Assembly: GCA_020184695.1 (NCBI GenBank)
Contig: JAANOX010000045.1
Span: forward strand, 72,684 to 136,683
Direction: 5' to 3'
Length of the DNA: 64,000 bases
DNA from: Histomonas meleagridis 2922-C6/04-290x
Taxonomy: Eukaryota > Protista > Parabasalia
The translations under genes and the position numbers were made by a program. Positions 60,801 through 64,000 of this stretch are shown piece after piece. The notes beneath the pieces were generated by a model that was not told the origin of the DNA, ran no database searches, and was given only the letters and a program-made list of their open reading frames with translations. How positions within the stretch are numbered: position 1 is the first letter of the stretch; the number at the start of each line of letters is the position of its first letter.

Positions 60801-63800
60801 TAATTTTAGTAATATAAGAATCTAGCCAGTTAATTAGATTATCAAACCAATCATCTTGTTGGTTTTCCAAATTATTAAGACTAGCAGCAGATCTAGTGCC
60901 AAATGTGTTTTGTATAATTTCATCATTTGAGTTTTGAGAGATTGTTAAGAACTGTTCTTTAATTTTTGTCATATTGTTGTTCCATGTATCATCTCTTAAT
61001 TTAATATCTATATTTTTGAGTTGTTTGAATTCTAGAAGTAATAATGTTAAATCGGATGAGTTCTTTAGAGCTTTTTCTTCTGATTCTCTTTTTTAATTTT
61101 TGGGAGTATGTAACTTTCGGTAGAGTTAATATACCTTGATCAATAAGAATATCATATTTGTTGTACCATTTTTCTAATTTTTTAAGTTCAGTGTTTAAAG
61201 AGTTGTTAATTACTTCATTTTCATTATGTTCTTGAAGATCTTGTCGAGTATTCTGTTGGGGAATTTCGTTAGAATCTTCTTGAGTATTTATTTCAGGGTT
61301 AGTATTTCTATTTATAGAATTTTCATTATCGGAGTTATCTGAGAACATCTCATTCCAGTTAACTTCTATTAAGTCCTCCTCATCATTAGAAGAGTTATCT
61401 GAGTCGATTTCATTTAATAAATTTGATTTTAATTGTGCTGCCAAAATGTAAGATTCTGCTCCTTGGGTTCTAGCTTCTTGATGCGCTTGAGAAATATGTA
61501 TTGAAAGTGCATGTTTATCTCTATTGATACAATCTAGTTCTTTACAAATAACAATATTCTGCGTGTTAGTAAAATAGGATAAATCTTGAATGTTAAGATT
61601 TTTTCTACAAATATAGATTAATTGAGCCCAAATTACTCCGAATTCTTTAATTAACAGTGATGCATCATGATGATATTTTGCTAAATGATTTCTGAATGGA
61701 TCTCTTTTATCTGAAATATAATCACATAATAAACAAAAGAAAGGTCTAAGGTTTGTATCTTTAGTTTTCCAAATAATCTTCTTATTATGTATTGCTTCAA
61801 TTAATAAACATATTTCACTATCTAAATTATTTTCATTATGTTTCTCTAATAGGTGCTTCTTTCTGCTGTTAGCATATTTAGGTGATAAACAATTTGGGTG
61901 TGTACATGCAAACATTCCAGTTGATGGAAATTGTTTTTTGACAATCAGTTGGATAAGTAAAAAAGTATAATTAGATCTATATAATAGCTCGTCTTCATTC
62001 ATTTCTTTTAATTCTTCAATTAGTTTGTCTAATTCTGTTCTATTATTAATATTAGCAATTTTGCCTTCTATATATATAATATGTTGCGGATTATTATTGA
62101 AAACAAAATCTTGTTGATCATCTTGTTGATTATTCTGATTATTAATGTTGTTATGGTCATTATTAATTATAATATTTATTGTATTTTGGGGTTGTTCATT
62201 TTGTTGAATGTTATTGTTAGGTTGATTTTGTGTATTGTTATTTTGATTTTGGATATTCATAATGGAATTTGTGGTTACCTTCATTAAGTTGGTTAAAATA
62301 TATTGTACATTTTCCATAAATTTATTAAATAAATCATTTTGTTGGTTAAGGTTCTCAGTTTGATGAGTTAGAACATTGACTATAGCCAAGTCTGCAATCT
62401 CTCGATTTTCTTTTTGTTCCAAAATGAAATTTCGATTAATTTCCATTAATTCTTGGTTATAAGTCATAATTTTATCTAAATGTTCTTTATAAAGGTTTGA
62501 TTGTGCTATTAATTCTGAATTTTTAAAAGTAATTAACGAATTAATATTTTCACTCCATTTATCAATTAGAGTGTTATTATTTTCAAATATTTTTAGTTAA
62601 GTTCGATGAATTTAAAACTTGAGCTTCTTTAAAAACTGAAATTATAAGATTATGATTTTTATTAATATTATCTACAATGTTCTGATTTTGATTCTGTAGT
62701 AATGCTTTATAATCATCATTTGGATTTAGTTTGATTTTAATTAAATTTTGGATTAAATCTTTATTAAATATGTTTTGATTGGAGACGAAATTTTCAATTA
62801 GGTCAGTAGTATTTTTATTCTCATTGATCTTGGTATTTTCAATGTTTTTAATTTGATAGATTATATTATTCATAATTTCATTTTGTAACTCTAATTTATT
62901 CTGTAAATTAAATATTTTGATATCTTGTTCTTGTTGTAATTTTAGGAATTGGTCAAAAGTTACCTGATGATAGTTTTCCATTGTTGCTAAAGCGTAGTGT
63001 ATGCTATTTAGTAAATTTTTGATCGAAAAGTTTGATTTATGTAAATTAAATCTCGAGATTATTGTTTATGATTGGATTTTGGACACTATTTTGTGCAGGA
63101 ACTACCGAATTCTCTGTTTCTGGGTTTCTTAAGTAGTTTTAAATCAAAGTTGTTTTTGCATTAGTAGATCAACAAATTGTCTTCAAAAATCCGAGGTGAA
63201 ATACCTGAATTCGATATGCTAATGATATAGAATGCAAACATGAGACCCATTCTTCTGAATAATAAATTAATGTTTGGAGATGTTAATAAATATTTATTAC
63301 GTAACTCTATTGGGACAAAGTGTCTTTCATTATTAAGATTGAAGGTGAATTTGTAGGGTTTCGTAAGTATTAAGTTAGAGAATTCGTATAGTTGAATGAC
63401 CGCATTTTTAACAAATTCCTGCAGATACGCACTTTTTCCTAGTGATAAAATGTAATAGTCGATAAAAAGTAAAGTTAGTAAATTTGAGAGATCTTGTAGT
63501 TGGTGGTCGACTAAATTCTTAAAATGACACTCAAAATTGACTAGGTCTGTTTGGATGTTGGGTGTCGAAAAATCAGGAAAAAGAGCTTGAAAGAAGTCCA
63601 GAGACCGGTTTCGTAATTGGTTTCATTAATATGTTATCCCATAGTTCAAACGAGGATCAAGCAGTGAAATGGGAAGGACATCATGTTCACTGGGATCGAG
63701 ATATTGATGCTCAAATTTTCTTCAATATTTTGTATTAATATCTATCTTGTTTTGTGTTGTAAGGTGGTGCGTCGTAGTTTTCTGAGCTGTTCTGGGTGGG

Positions 63801-63948
63801 TGTCTTCCGGCCTGCGATATGCTTTGTAAAATAAAGTTTTGAGTTGAGACGCGAGACTAGTACTGTTGTGCTCTACTCCCAGGTAAAGCTCAAATCTGCA
63901 ACCTGGGGTAAAAATAAGCTCGATTTAAAAATGAAAAAAGAATGGTCC
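57819..63948 (-). mobile_element. RLE-type non-LTR retrotransposon (R2/NeSL-like architecture), near full length, ORF broken by frameshifts
   Basis: In order on the minus strand: three C2H2-like fingers (CTHPNC..HLLEKH, CLLC..HLAKYH, CKELDC..HISQAH), RT motifs WRPISI, QKGF, DLSNAF, GVKQGCPISPLLF and AYADD, then GGLGI, a CCHC knuckle (CTIC..HRLNAC) and a PD-(D/E)xK nuclease (PDIW..IIEV..K). An A12 run lies at 57807-57818. Confidence 0.92.
58021..58050 (-). other. Perfect 13-bp hairpin with GAAA loop directly after the retrotransposon stop codon
   Basis: Minus strand TTGAAAATGTACT-GAAA-AGTACATTTTCAA; the stop is at 58052-58054. Confidence 0.85.
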
Positions 63949-64000
63949 ACCAGAGTTTCAGACCTAAAAAAAAAAAAAGACCTTTGCGTTATCAGCACAA

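Noticed and set aside
63870-63895. U1 snRNA-like TTACCTGG on the minus strand, or a U2 snRNA target site
   Set aside because: Only a 7-8 nt match; no Sm site, U1 stems or U2 branch-pairing sequence recognised in either flank.
63950-64000. Hammerhead ribozyme (CTGATAA...GAAA)
   Set aside because: The core is imperfect and the flanking segments are direct repeats, so stem II cannot form; CTGATCA near 21460 fails similarly.

Overview
AT-rich eukaryotic genomic DNA, most likely from a parabasalid (trichomonad-like) protist. This is an inference from two BspA-type leucine-rich-repeat surface genes, TCAYT initiator-like motifs just upstream of several ATGs, near-absence of introns, and one intron with GTATGT...ACTAATACACAG ends. 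Compact host-gene blocks lie at about 1-18.2 kb, 29-34.3 kb, 39.3-47.9 kb and 56-57.7 kb. They encode a membrane PDE-like protein missed by the ORF track, a ubiquitin-like protein, a PKA regulatory subunit with a 13-aa repeat linker, an ABCA half-transporter, Rab, WD40, tetraspanin, MEMO1, START, Rac/Rho, RTF2, DDB1-like and BspA proteins. These blocks alternate with blocks of decayed mobile elements: several Tc1-like and pogo-like transposases, a full-length mariner, two internally deleted TIR elements, a stand-alone tyrosine recombinase, a possible MULE remnant, a pure (TAAA)n tract, and a ~6 kb RLE-type (R2/NeSL-like) non-LTR retrotransposon. The most novel-looking items are a TIR-bounded DD34E Tc1-like element whose transposase carries a C-terminal Myb-like repeat, the RT-less tyrosine recombinase, and the structured ends of the RLE retrotransposon. 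All motif and coordinate calls were made by eye, with no database searches.
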